Assembly (NCBI GenBank): GCA_902521315.1 | Contig: CABYRH010000002.1 | Coordinates: 20,076 to 84,075, forward strand | Direction of reading: 5' to 3' | Origin: an uncultured Alphaproteobacteria bacterium | GTDB lineage: Bacteria > Pseudomonadota > Alphaproteobacteria > HIMB59 > GCA-002718135 | DNA: 64,000 bases | In this document: positions 38,743 to 51,775 of the stretch, piece after piece | How positions within the stretch are numbered: position 1 is the stretch's first letter | Layout of the letters: every line of letters starts with the position of its first letter | Notes under the pieces: generated by a model | The model's input: only the letters and a program-made list of their open reading frames with translations | What the model was told of the DNA's origin: nothing | Databases searched by the model: none | Position numbers and translations under genes: made by a program

Positions 38743-39036
38743 ATGCCTGATAAAGCTTGGAAAAAAAGAGAAAGAGATGTTGCAAATTATTTTAATGGGA
38801 AAAGGACACCTTTGAGCGGAGGTAATGGTAAAGTTACAAGAGCTGATGTAATTCATGAAGATCTTTTTATAGAATGTAAATTAAGAGCAAAGCATACAGC
38901 AATTAGTTTATGGGATGATACTGCAAAGCTTGCCAAAGAAGAGGGCAAGACGCCAGTAATAGCATTATGTGAAAAAAATAGACCAGGTTTTTGGGTTATG
39001 GTTCATAGTAGTGATCTTGAAAAAATTAAAAAATAA
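38743..39036 (+). CDS. small PD-(D/E)xK nuclease-fold protein, Hjc-like putative Holliday junction resolvase
   Basis: 97 aa. E10 (KKRERDV), D35 (RADVIH) and E44-x-K46 (FIECK), then a hydrophobic strand TPVIALC...GFWVMV. The spacing and context resemble archaeal Hjc. It sits 14 nt after yebC and 5 nt before tolQ, with AAAGGAA upstream of the ATG. Confidence 0.55.
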   Translation: MPDKAWKKRERDVANYFNGKRTPLSGGNGKVTRADVIHEDLFIECKLRAKHTAISLWDDTAKLAKEEGKTPVIALCEKNRPGFWVMVHSSDLEKIKK

Positions 39037-39041
39037 TTATT

Positions 39042-39755
39042 ATGGCAGATATTAATAGTACAAATTTATCAACTGAAGCCCCAGATTTTTCAATGCTTGC
39101 TTTATTCATGCAAGCTGACCTTGTTGTCAAATCCGTAATTATAATTTTAATTTTAGCCTCTCTTTATTCTTGGAATGTAATAATTTCAAAAATTTTAAGA
39201 ATTAGACAATTAAAAAAACTTGAAAAAGAATTTGAAGATATTTTTTGGTCTGGAAATTCTTTTGAAGATTTATACGAAACTTTAAACTTTAACCAGACAG
39301 ATCCAAAATCAAAATTATTTTGTGCTGCAATTTTGGAGTGGAAAAAAAGTAAAACTCTGTTTGAAAACGATACATCTGATATTAACTCTTTAAAAGATAG
39401 AATGATGAGATCAATGACAGTTGTTTTTAATAAAGAAAGTGAAAATGTTGAAAGAAATTTAACATTCCTGGCAACTGCTGGATCAACTGCACCTTTTATT
39501 GGGTTATTTGGAACAGTCTGGGGTATAATGAATAGTTTTAAATCTATTGCAATAGCTCAAAATACAAATTTAGCAGTAGTCGCACCAGGAATTGCAGAAG
39601 CCCTTTTTGCGACTGCATTAGGCCTATTTGTTGCGATTCCTGCTGTAGTCGCATACAATAAAATTTCAAACGACTTGTCAAAATATTTCATATCCTTGGA
39701 AACATTCATGGATGAATTCTCAACAATTTTTTTTAGACAATTAGAGAAAAAATAA
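39042..39755 (+). CDS. tolQ: Tol-Pal system protein TolQ
   Basis: 237 aa. MotA/TolQ/ExbB pattern: LATAGSTAPFIGLFGTVWGIMNSF and GIAEALFATALGLFVAIPAV. Confidence 0.93.
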   Translation: MADINSTNLSTEAPDFSMLALFMQADLVVKSVIIILILASLYSWNVIISKILRIRQLKKLEKEFEDIFWSGNSFEDLYETLNFNQTDPKSKLFCAAILEWKKSKTLFENDTSDINSLKDRMMRSMTVVFNKESENVERNLTFLATAGSTAPFIGLFGTVWGIMNSFKSIAIAQNTNLAVVAPGIAEALFATALGLFVAIPAVVAYNKISNDLSKYFISLETFMDEFSTIFFRQLEKK

Positions 39756-39756
39756 A

Positions 39757-40185
39757 TTGATTACATCAAATAATTTAAACAAACGAAAGAAGGAAAGGTA
39801 TACTCAAATGAGTGAAATTAATGTTACACCTTTTGTAGATGTTATGCTTGTTTTGCTAATTGTTTTTATGGTTACCGCACCTCTTCTAACGGTTGGAATT
39901 AAAGTTGATTTACCAAAGGTTAAAGCTACTGCATTAACTGATATTAAAGATCCAATTGAGATAACTGTTAAATTAGACGGAGAAGTCTACATTGGAGAAT
40001 CAAAAGTTGAAGTAGAAAATTTGATTCCTCGACTAAACGCTATTACTGAACAAAATACTGAAGCAAGAATCTACATAAGAGGTGATAGAGTAGTAGCTTA
40101 TGGGAGGATTATGGAAATTATGTCAATAATCAATTCAGCGGGATATATAAAAGTTGCATTAATTACTCAAAATCTTGAGCAATAG
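39757..40185 (+). CDS. tolR: Tol-Pal system protein TolR
   Basis: 142 aa. SEINVTPFVDVMLVLLIVFMVTAP (ExbD/TolR TM) preceded by a basic tail. Start is a TTG 1 nt after the tolQ stop, with an alternative ATG at 39808. Confidence 0.9.
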   Translation: MITSNNLNKRKKERYTQMSEINVTPFVDVMLVLLIVFMVTAPLLTVGIKVDLPKVKATALTDIKDPIEITVKLDGEVYIGESKVEVENLIPRLNAITEQNTEARIYIRGDRVVAYGRIMEIMSIINSAGYIKVALITQNLEQ

Positions 40186-41262
40186 ATGGATCGTATAAGC
40201 TTTAATAGTTTAAAAATAGTAAATTTTTTTGAAAACTTAAATCCTAAAGCATCTGGTGTTATATTTTCAACACTAATACATTTAATTATCCTTTTGTTTA
40301 TGGTGGGCTTGCCAAATTTTTTTTCTCCAAAAGAAATCTATGTTCCAAATGTAATACCTATTGAGATACTTAATGTTGATAAAAATACAAATTTGAAAAA
40401 ATCTGATACTGAAAAACCAGAAAATAAAAATAAGGAAACAATTACTAAGCAAAAAAAATTCAATTCATCAGATCAATTAGAAGTAAAAAAAAATGTTGAA
40501 ATAAATAAAATTAAAATTGAAGAAAAAACTAATCCAAATCAACCAGTATTGGAAATGAAACAAACTTCAAATTTAGAAGTTAAGCAAACAAAAAAAGTAG
40601 TTATCAAAGAAAAGGAAATTTTAGAGGTTAAGAGAAAAGTAGAAACAATTAATACTGATATTATTAAACCTAAGCTCAAACCAAAACCAAAGCCAAAAAT
40701 AATAAATAATGAAAATGTTAAATCAGATTTAGATGTTGAAACAAATATAAAGGATAAACCAAAGCTAGATAATGATATGACTATATCTAAACCAAAGCCA
40801 AAACCCGAAAAAGATTTTAGTATAGCATCAATGCTTAAAGATTTAAGAAATGAAAAAACAAATATGGTTCAAAATGAGGTTAAAGAAGAGGTTGCAGAGG
40901 TTGATAATAAAAGCAAAGATGATACCGATGAAAATATTATTTTATCAATATCTGAAATAGACTTGTTAAGGCAGCAACTATCTTCTTGTTGGAATGCCCC
41001 AGCAGGCGCAGTCATAGAAAGAGGAGATAAAGTAACAATTTCAGCAAAAATATTACAAAACATGAAGGTTTCACCAAATAGTATCCGCATTGTTGACACA
41101 AATATAGCTAAAACTAATCCGTTTTATGGACCGATTACAGATAGCGCAATGAGAACTCTATTAAACCCAGAATGCACACCTTTAAAACTTCCAAAAGATA
41201 AATATAATCTATGGAAAAATCTTACAATTACTTTTGATTATAGTATTATGAAGGGATATTAA
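40186..41262 (+). CDS. tolA: Tol-Pal system protein TolA
   Basis: 358 aa. One N-terminal TM helix, then a long K/E/N-rich domain II with KPK repeats (about 40666-40698 and 40789-40812), then a C-terminal domain with SSCWN.P motif. Position is between tolR and tolB. Confidence 0.8.
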   Translation: MDRISFNSLKIVNFFENLNPKASGVIFSTLIHLIILLFMVGLPNFFSPKEIYVPNVIPIEILNVDKNTNLKKSDTEKPENKNKETITKQKKFNSSDQLEVKKNVEINKIKIEEKTNPNQPVLEMKQTSNLEVKQTKKVVIKEKEILEVKRKVETINTDIIKPKLKPKPKPKIINNENVKSDLDVETNIKDKPKLDNDMTISKPKPKPEKDFSIASMLKDLRNEKTNMVQNEVKEEVAEVDNKSKDDTDENIILSISEIDLLRQQLSSCWNAPAGAVIERGDKVTISAKILQNMKVSPNSIRIVDTNIAKTNPFYGPITDSAMRTLLNPECTPLKLPKDKYNLWKNLTITFDYSIMKGY

Positions 41263-42578
41263 TGAAAAAAGTTTTTTTAATAACCCTTTTTTTATTTTCC
41301 AGTTTTAAAGTTCATTCTTTGGAAGTGACTCTAACACAGGGTAGTGTGAAACCAACTCCTATTGCTGTAACAGAATTATATTCAAAAAATTCGCAACTAA
41401 CAAAAATAGGTAAAAATATTTCAATTGTAATTTCTGATAACTTAGAAAGATCTGGTCTATTTTTACCAATTGATAAAAGATCATTTATCCAAGATAATGA
41501 ATCATTAGCTAACAAACCAAGATTTGAAGATTGGAAATTAATAAAGGCTCAACATTTAGTTTCTGGAAAAATTTCAACAAACAACGGAAAAATATCTGTA
41601 GAGTTTAGATTGTTTGATGTTTTTCAACAAAAACAAATTGTGGGAAAAAAATATGAGACCAATGAAAAAAATTGGAGAAGAGTTGCACATATTATTTCAG
41701 ATTCCATTTTTAAAAATATAACTGGTGAGGGTGGTTACTTTGATACAAGAATAGTTTACGTTGCTGAGACTGGTCCAAAAGAAAATAAACAAAAAAGATT
41801 AGCAATAATGGACCAAGATCAATCAAATCATCGTTTTTTAACAGATGGATCATACCTAGTATTAACACCAAGGTTTTCTCCTAACTCTCAAAAAATTACT
41901 TACATGTCTTATGTAAATAGAAATAATCCTAGAGTTTACATATTTGATATAGAAACTGGTAAACAAGAAATAGTTGGTGAGTTTCCAGGAATGACATTTG
42001 CGCCACGTTTTTCACCTGATGGTAATCAAATCGTCATGTCTTACACTGATCCAGAAATTGGTAATTCTGAAATTTACATTCTTGATTTAAAAACAAGAAT
42101 ATCAAAAAGAGTTACTAATAATTCCTCAATTGATGTTTCTGCGAGTTTTTCACCTGATGGAAAAAAAATAGTTTTTAATTCAGATAGAAGTGGCAGAAGG
42201 CATTTGTATGTATCTGATAATAATGGAAAAAATATCAAGAGAATTAGCAGGGAAGCGGGAAGTTACTACACACCAGTCTGGTCTCCAAGAGGTGATATGA
42301 TAGCATTCACTAAACAAGAGGGAGGGCAATTTTATATTGGTGTTATGGAGGTTGATGGTTCTAATGAAAGAATGATTGCAAAATCATTCCATGTTGAGGG
42401 GCCTACATGGGCTCCAAATGGTAGATTTTTGATGTACTTTAAAGAAGAAAGAACTGCCGAGGACGGCTCAGGAGGTGAATCTAGTCTATATTCTATTGAT
42501 TTAACTGGATTTAATGAGAGAAAAGTAATAACTCCTTTAGGTGGATCTGACCCAGCTTGGTCCCCCTTGATGCATTAA
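41262..42578 (+). CDS. tolB: Tol-Pal system beta-propeller protein TolB
   Basis: 438 aa with a signal peptide. Repeated propeller blades (PRFSPNSQKITYMS, PRFSPDGNQIVMS, ASFSPDGKKIVFNSDRSG, PVWSPRGDMIAF, PTWAPNGRFL, PAWSP). Confidence 0.93.
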   Translation: MKKVFLITLFLFSSFKVHSLEVTLTQGSVKPTPIAVTELYSKNSQLTKIGKNISIVISDNLERSGLFLPIDKRSFIQDNESLANKPRFEDWKLIKAQHLVSGKISTNNGKISVEFRLFDVFQQKQIVGKKYETNEKNWRRVAHIISDSIFKNITGEGGYFDTRIVYVAETGPKENKQKRLAIMDQDQSNHRFLTDGSYLVLTPRFSPNSQKITYMSYVNRNNPRVYIFDIETGKQEIVGEFPGMTFAPRFSPDGNQIVMSYTDPEIGNSEIYILDLKTRISKRVTNNSSIDVSASFSPDGKKIVFNSDRSGRRHLYVSDNNGKNIKRISREAGSYYTPVWSPRGDMIAFTKQEGGQFYIGVMEVDGSNERMIAKSFHVEGPTWAPNGRFLMYFKEERTAEDGSGGESSLYSIDLTGFNERKVITPLGGSDPAWSPLMH

Positions 42579-42679
42579 TTAAATATAATACAAAAAAATA
42601 TGCGAAATTTTGAAAAAAATGTTAAGGAACTTATAATAATTTAGTATATCTACGCAAAGTATTAAGGGAGCAATTATTT

Positions 42680-43201
42680 ATGTTTTACAAGTTTTTTATC
42701 TCTATATTCATGGTTTTATTTGTTGCCGCTTGTGCAACAACTCCAAAAGACTCGGCTGACTCTTCAGGCTCAGGATCAAGTAGTTCTGGGAGTGATGTTT
42801 CCTCAGAAGGAACCATTACTGAAACTACAGGAAGTGGAATAGTTTCTGGTTCACAGGAAGATTTAATAGTAAACGTTGGTGATAGAGTATTTTTTGGATA
42901 CGACAGTTCAGATTTAGACTCAGACGCTTTAGAATTACTTCAAGATCAAGTTGCATGGCTGAAGCAAAATAGCGATGTATCTGTTACTATTGAAGGACAT
43001 TGTGATGAAAGAGGAACAAGAGAGTACAACTTGGCTCTTGGTGAAAAAAGAGCACAAGCAGTTAAAAATTACCTAATTGGATTAGGAATAAATCCAGATA
43101 GAGTTTCAACTATTAGTTATGGAAAAGAAAGACCAGCTGTTGTTGGATCTAACGATGGAGCATGGGCTCAAAATAGACGATCAGTAACTATAGTTAATTA
43201 A
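42680..43201 (+). CDS. pal: peptidoglycan-associated lipoprotein Pal
   Basis: 173 aa. Lipobox VAAC, a Ser/Gly-rich linker, and an OmpA-like domain (VFFGYDSSDL, IEGHCDERGTREYNLALGEKRA, NRRSV). Confidence 0.92.
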   Translation: MFYKFFISIFMVLFVAACATTPKDSADSSGSGSSSSGSDVSSEGTITETTGSGIVSGSQEDLIVNVGDRVFFGYDSSDLDSDALELLQDQVAWLKQNSDVSVTIEGHCDERGTREYNLALGEKRAQAVKNYLIGLGINPDRVSTISYGKERPAVVGSNDGAWAQNRRSVTIVN

Positions 43202-43220
43202 TCTATATTCCTTAATACTT

Positions 43221-43251
43221 TGGCGCTATAGAAATATAGCGCCATATTTTT
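43221..43251 (+). terminator. rho-independent terminator after pal
   Basis: Perfect 10-bp stem TGGCGCTATA (43221-43230) / TATAGCGCCA (43235-43244) with a GAAA loop, followed by TATTTTTA. Confidence 0.8.
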
Positions 43252-43278
43252 ATCTTAATTAGAAATTAAAAATTTAAA

Positions 43279-44196
43279 ATGTTTAAATACATACTAACTA
43301 TTTTAATTTTATTTTTATCAAGCTATGTTAACTCAAATGAGAGTGAACTAACTATTTCACAACAATTAGAGAGATTACAAAGAGAAGTTTCTGATCTTTC
43401 TAAAGAAGTATTTTCAAAATCATCAAGTCAATCAAGTGGAACAAATAATGATTTTGTAAAGAATCTTTCTGCTATTGATCTGCGAATATATGATATTGAA
43501 AACGATATAAAAAATTTAAATTCTAATTTAGAAGAATTGTATTTTCAATTAGATGATATTTTTAATAAGTTAGAAAACTTAGACTTAGTTATTAATAATT
43601 TACAATCAGTTTCTTTAAATAATACTGAGGGAAATACTGATGATGTATCACAAGATAGTTCTGAAATTAAAAGCAATAATTTAAGTGATACTGAAACTGA
43701 AAATACACTTGGGACATTAAATATTTCAAAAAACACAAATGATACAACAGAACAGGTCGTATCTGACAATCAAGAAGTAAATTCAAATGAAAAAGATGAG
43801 GTGTTATCACCTGAAGATCAATTTCAGGTAGCATTTGATAATATTAGAGATAAAAAATGGCAGGATGCCAAAACTTCATTTAAAAAGTTTATATCAGACA
43901 ATCCTGATAATCAATTATCAGGTTCAGCACATTATTGGCTTGGAGAATTATATATTCTAGAAAAAAATTATAGAGAAGCAGCACTAGTATTTGCAGAAGG
44001 TTTCCAAAAATTTCCAGATAGTATTAAAGCTGCAGAAATGCTTTTCAAACTTTCTCAGTCATTATACCAAGTTGAAAAAACTTCTGAAGCATGTAAAACT
44101 ATGGAAAAATTAATTATTGATTTTCCAAAAAATAAAATAATTCCTCAAACCAAAAAACAAATTGTTGATTATAATTGCCTAGAAAATAATGAATGA
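43279..44196 (+). CDS. cpoB: Tol-Pal system protein CpoB/YbgF (coiled coil plus TPR)
   Basis: 305 aa. Signal peptide and an N-terminal coiled coil (QQLERLQREVSDL). C-terminal TPR-like region (AHYWLGELYILEKNYREAALVF...FPDS.KAAEMLFKL). Located directly after pal. Confidence 0.8.
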   Translation: MFKYILTILILFLSSYVNSNESELTISQQLERLQREVSDLSKEVFSKSSSQSSGTNNDFVKNLSAIDLRIYDIENDIKNLNSNLEELYFQLDDIFNKLENLDLVINNLQSVSLNNTEGNTDDVSQDSSEIKSNNLSDTETENTLGTLNISKNTNDTTEQVVSDNQEVNSNEKDEVLSPEDQFQVAFDNIRDKKWQDAKTSFKKFISDNPDNQLSGSAHYWLGELYILEKNYREAALVFAEGFQKFPDSIKAAEMLFKLSQSLYQVEKTSEACKTMEKLIIDFPKNKIIPQTKKQIVDYNCLENNE

Positions 44197-45164
44197 AGCT
44201 TACCAATAAAGAATTCATTAAAAAAATAGAAAAAAAATATATTTTTGAAAAAAAACCTTCTGTCGCTGTGGCAGTCTCTGGAGGTCCAGATAGTATGTCA
44301 TTATTATTCCTTTTAAATGGATTTATAAAATATAAAAAAGGGAAATTAATCGCTTTAATCGTGAATCATCGTATCAGAAAAAATTCTAAAGAGGAAGCTA
44401 ACTATATTTCTGCCTACTTGGAGAAAAACAACATTAAATCTCAAATTCTAACTGTAAATAAAGATAAAGTGAGTAAAAAAAGTATGAAAGAGGCTAGAAA
44501 TAATCGTTATAATTTACTTACAGATTTTTGTATTAAAAATAATATTTTGCACTTATTTATTGCTCATCACAAAGATGATAATTTAGAAACTTTTTTGAAT
44601 AGAAAGATAGCTGGCAGTGATTTTTATGGTTTAAAATCAATGTCTGAATTGTCACTTTATAAGAAAGTAGTTATAATAAGGCCGCTTTTAAATTTTTCTA
44701 AAGAAATATTACTAGACTACAATAAGAAAAATAAAATACAATATATTAATGATCCTTCAAATTTTAATTTAGATTATACTCGTCCTACAATAAGAAATTT
44801 TCTTAAAAGATCTAACCAAAAAATAATTAAAGAATTAAACAAAGATTTTCAGAATATACTTTTTTATTCACCATATTTTATTCAGATGATACATGAGATA
44901 CTTCTTAAAAATATTGTTCAAGTTGACAGTAAAATAATTGTTATTGACCTTGATAATATAAAAAATTTAAATGAATTTACTTTTGAAAATATTATACGAA
45001 GAATATATCAATTTTTATTTTTTGAATCTAATGCTCCCAGATCAAAAAAAACTAGAATTTTAATAAGTGAAATTAAGAAATTGAATTTTAATAATTTTAA
45101 TATCAAAGGTATGATTGTAAAAAAAAATGATGATTTTCTTACATTTTCAAGAAAATCTGTTTAA
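44193..45164 (+). CDS. tilS: tRNA(Ile)-lysidine synthase
   Basis: 323 aa. PP-loop VAVSGGPDSMSL and AHHKDDNLETFL. Confidence 0.88.
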   Translation: MKLTNKEFIKKIEKKYIFEKKPSVAVAVSGGPDSMSLLFLLNGFIKYKKGKLIALIVNHRIRKNSKEEANYISAYLEKNNIKSQILTVNKDKVSKKSMKEARNNRYNLLTDFCIKNNILHLFIAHHKDDNLETFLNRKIAGSDFYGLKSMSELSLYKKVVIIRPLLNFSKEILLDYNKKNKIQYINDPSNFNLDYTRPTIRNFLKRSNQKIIKELNKDFQNILFYSPYFIQMIHEILLKNIVQVDSKIIVIDLDNIKNLNEFTFENIIRRIYQFLFFESNAPRSKKTRILISEIKKLNFNNFNIKGMIVKKNDDFLTFSRKSV

Positions 45165-45215
45165 TTTTCTACAAAACTATTGTGTTTTTATAATAAATTC
45201 CTATGTATTAATAAG

Positions 45216-47117
45216 ATGAAAAACATCAGTAAAAACGTTGTATTATGGATTATAATTGGATTGCTCTTAATTGTGCTTTTCAATCTTTTTCAAGGAACTT
45301 CTAACAATAGAAATACTTCAAAAATATCCTTTTCTGACTTCATTGCTGCAACAGAAAGTGGGAATGTTTCTGAAGTTAATATCAATGGAAGCAACGTTAC
45401 AGGATTTCTAAATGACGGTCGATCATTTAGCACATATGTGCCTAACTACCCCAATTTGGTAGATAAATTAAATGAAAGTGGAGTGAAAATTACGGCTGAG
45501 CCATCTGAGAGATCAATGCACCCTCTACTAAGTGTATTACTGTCTTGGTTTCCAATGCTTCTATTAATTGGAGTTTGGATTTTTTTTATGCGTCAGATGC
45601 AAGGTGGCGGTGGAAAAGCAATGGGCTTTGGTAAATCTAAAGCTAAATTATTAAACGAGGCTGTAGGTAAAGTCACATTTGATGACGTAGCAGGTATTGA
45701 TGAAGCTAAACAAGAATTAGAGGAAGTTGTTGAATTTTTAAAAGACCCTTCAAAGTTTTCCAGATTGGGAGGTAAGATTCCAAGAGGCGCACTTCTAGTA
45801 GGTCCCCCAGGTACAGGAAAAACATTACTTGCAAGAGCAATAGCAGGTGAAGCAAACGTTCCTTTCTTTTCTATTTCAGGATCAGATTTTGTTGAAATGT
45901 TCGTGGGCGTTGGAGCTAGTAGAGTTAGAGATATGTTTGACCAAGGTAAAAAAAATGCACCTTGTATAGTTTTTATTGATGAAATCGATGCTGTCGGAAG
46001 GCATCGTGGTGCTGGTCTTGGTGGTGGTAATGACGAAAGGGAACAAACTCTTAATCAACTTCTTGTTGAGATGGATGGGTTTGAAGCAAATGCAGGTGTA
46101 ATAATTATTGCTGCAACAAATAGACCCGATGTTCTTGATCCAGCTTTACTCAGACCAGGAAGATTTGACCGTCAAATAACAGTAAATAATCCCGATGTAA
46201 TGGGAAGAGACAAAATACTTAAAGTTCATATTAAGAAAATTAAAGTTTCACCAAAATTTGACTCAAAAATTATTGCAAGGGGAACACCAGGTTTTTCTGG
46301 GGCTGATTTAGCAAACCTAGTTAATGAAGCAGCACTATTAGCTGCTAGAAAAAATAAAAGAATGGTTACACTTGAAGATTTTGAAAGTGCTAAAGATAAA
46401 GTAATGATGGGTGCTGAAAAAAGATCTATGGTCATGTCAGAAGATGAAAAGAAACTTACTGCTTATCATGAAGCTGGTCATGCAGTAGCAACTCTTCATT
46501 CACCAGCCTCTGATCCAATACACAAAGCAACTATAATACCGAGAGGTAGAGCTTTAGGTATGGTTATGAGACTTCCTGAAAAAGATCAGCTGTCCATGAG
46601 AAAAGATCAAATGAAAGCGCATTTATTAATAGCTACTGGGGGAAGAATTGCCGAAGAAATGATCTTTGGTAAAGATAAAATTACAAATGGTGCAGCAAGC
46701 GATATACAAATGGTAACAAATCTATCAAAAAAAATGATTACTGAATGGGGTATGAGTGAAAAATTAGGTCGTTTAAGATATAACAGTGATAGTGAGGAGG
46801 TTTTCCTTGGGCATTCTGTTGCACAATCAAAAAATTTATCTGACTCTACAGCAAAATTAATTGATGATGAGGTTAGATCTCTTGCAGAAGAGGCTGAAAA
46901 TAATTGTAGAAAAATTCTTCAAGATAATATTGAAGAACTGCATATAGTTGCTAAAGGGTTATTAGAGTATGAAACATTATCAGGTGATGAAATTAAAGAT
47001 TTAATCAAAGGTATAAAGCCAACTCGTGATGATTTTGATAATGACATAAACACACCAAAAAAAACAGCCACATCTGTCCCAAAAACAGGTGGATCTGCCG
47101 CGGCATCGGCAAACTAA
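45216..47117 (+). CDS. ftsH: ATP-dependent zinc metalloprotease FtsH
   Basis: Walker [14 protein letters not shown], Walker [33 protein letters not shown], and zinc site HEAGHA. The track ORF starts at a TTG (45180). The ATG at 45216 ([11 protein letters not shown]) is the likely start. Confidence 0.95.
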   Translation: MKNISKNVVLWIIIGLLLIVLFNLFQGTSNNRNTSKISFSDFIAATESGNVSEVNINGSNVTGFLNDGRSFSTYVPNYPNLVDKLNESGVKITAEPSERSMHPLLSVLLSWFPMLLLIGVWIFFMRQMQGGGGKAMGFGKSKAKLLNEAVGKVTFDDVAGIDEAKQELEEVVEFLKDPSKFSRLGGKIPRGALLVGPPGTGKTLLARAIAGEANVPFFSISGSDFVEMFVGVGASRVRDMFDQGKKNAPCIVFIDEIDAVGRHRGAGLGGGNDEREQTLNQLLVEMDGFEANAGVIIIAATNRPDVLDPALLRPGRFDRQITVNNPDVMGRDKILKVHIKKIKVSPKFDSKIIARGTPGFSGADLANLVNEAALLAARKNKRMVTLEDFESAKDKVMMGAEKRSMVMSEDEKKLTAYHEAGHAVATLHSPASDPIHKATIIPRGRALGMVMRLPEKDQLSMRKDQMKAHLLIATGGRIAEEMIFGKDKITNGAASDIQMVTNLSKKMITEWGMSEKLGRLRYNSDSEEVFLGHSVAQSKNLSDSTAKLIDDEVRSLAEEAENNCRKILQDNIEELHIVAKGLLEYETLSGDEIKDLIKGIKPTRDDFDNDINTPKKTATSVPKTGGSAAASAN

Positions 47118-47161
47118 TTTAATTACTTCACTTTATTTATTTTTTTGAATAAAAGACATAA

Positions 47162-48509
47162 ATGTCTAAAATATTCGGTACCGATGGTATACGGTGCTTA
47201 GTTAATGAAGAACCTCTTTCTGCTGAAACTTGTCTTAAAATTTCAAAAACAGTTGCATTCCTTCTAAAAAAGAAAAATTCTAAAAATAGTAGGGTTGTTA
47301 TCTGTAAAGACACTAGATTATCTGGTTATTTATATGAGCCACTTGTGACAGCTGGATTTATTTCTATGGGTATGGATGTAATTTTAGTCGGCCCCCTTCC
47401 AACACCAGCTGTACCATTAATGATTAAAACTTTAGGAGCAGATATTGGTGTAATGATTACAGCCTCTCATAACACGTATGAATATAATGGGCTGAAATTT
47501 TTTGATAGTACTGGAACAAAGCTAAGTTCATTAATTGAGCAAAAGGTTGAAAAAATAGTTTCAGATAATAAAAAATATTCTAAAATTTCGAACAACACAA
47601 TTGTATCTGGAAATGCAAGAAGACTAGAAGATGCTTCAGGCAGGTACTCAGAATTTTTAAAGAGTACTTTAAACAAAATGTCATCCAAGAAAAAATTAAA
47701 AATTGTTTTAGATTGTGCGAATGGAGCTACATATAATATAGCCCCAAATTTATTTTGGGAATTAGGTCATAATGTAATAGCCATAAATAATAATCCCGAT
47801 GGTTTGAATATTAATAAAAATTGTGGCGCAGTTGACGTTAAATCACTTTCACAAAATGTTATAAAAGAAAAGGCAGATATTGGATTTGCATTTGATGGTG
47901 ATGGAGATAGGTTAATAGTTGTAGATGAAGAAGGAAAAGAAGTTGATGGTGATAAGATTATAGGATTGCTATGTAAAAGTTATGTAAAACCTAAGAAAAA
48001 ATCTAATCAACATGATGTTATTATAACAGTTATGTCTAACATGGGATTAGAAAATTATCTTACAAATAAATTAAAATTAAATATTAAACGAACAGCTGTT
48101 GGAGATATAAACGTTATAAATCAAATGAAAAAATCCAAATCTATGATTGGCGGTGAACAATCAGGACATATAATCTTGTCAGAACACTCTAATACTGGAG
48201 ATGGAATTTTAGCAGCTCTAAAAATTACTGAAATTTTGATATCAAATAAAAATAAGGCAAGTAAACTTTTTGATTTGTACAATGATTTTCCTCAAGATAA
48301 AATTAACTTAAGGTATAAAAAAAAGAATATCAAACTGCTAAAAATTCTTGGTAAGTTAAAAAATGATAAACTATATAATAATAAAAAAATAAGATCTCTT
48401 GTTAGGTTATCTGGAACTGAACCATTGGTAAGAATACTAGTTGAAGGGCAAGAAATTTCCGAGGTTAAAAAGAAGTCTTTAGAAATAAAAAGATTAGTAA
48501 GGCCGTATC

Positions 48510-48517
<8 letters not shown>
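47162..48517 (+). CDS. glmM: phosphoglucosamine mutase
   Basis: 451 aa. IFGTDGIRC start, phosphoserine loop ITASHN, DGDGDR metal site, and GGEQSGH. Confidence 0.92.
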
Positions 48518-51745
<3,228 letters not shown>

Positions 51746-51775
51746 AATACGCCTATATCATAAATAAAATATAAT

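Noticed and set aside
40666-40812. AAACCAAA(A/G)CCAAA tandem-like repeats that might be taken for a DNA repeat array.
   Set aside because: They encode the KPKPKPK stretches of TolA domain II. This is coding low complexity, not a CRISPR array, a satellite or a mobile-element repeat.
45180-45215. TTG-initiated 12-codon extension of ftsH.
   Set aside because: The ATG at 45216 precedes the expected short cytoplasmic tail and first TM helix of FtsH. The extension adds a non-conserved Cys/Phe-rich peptide.
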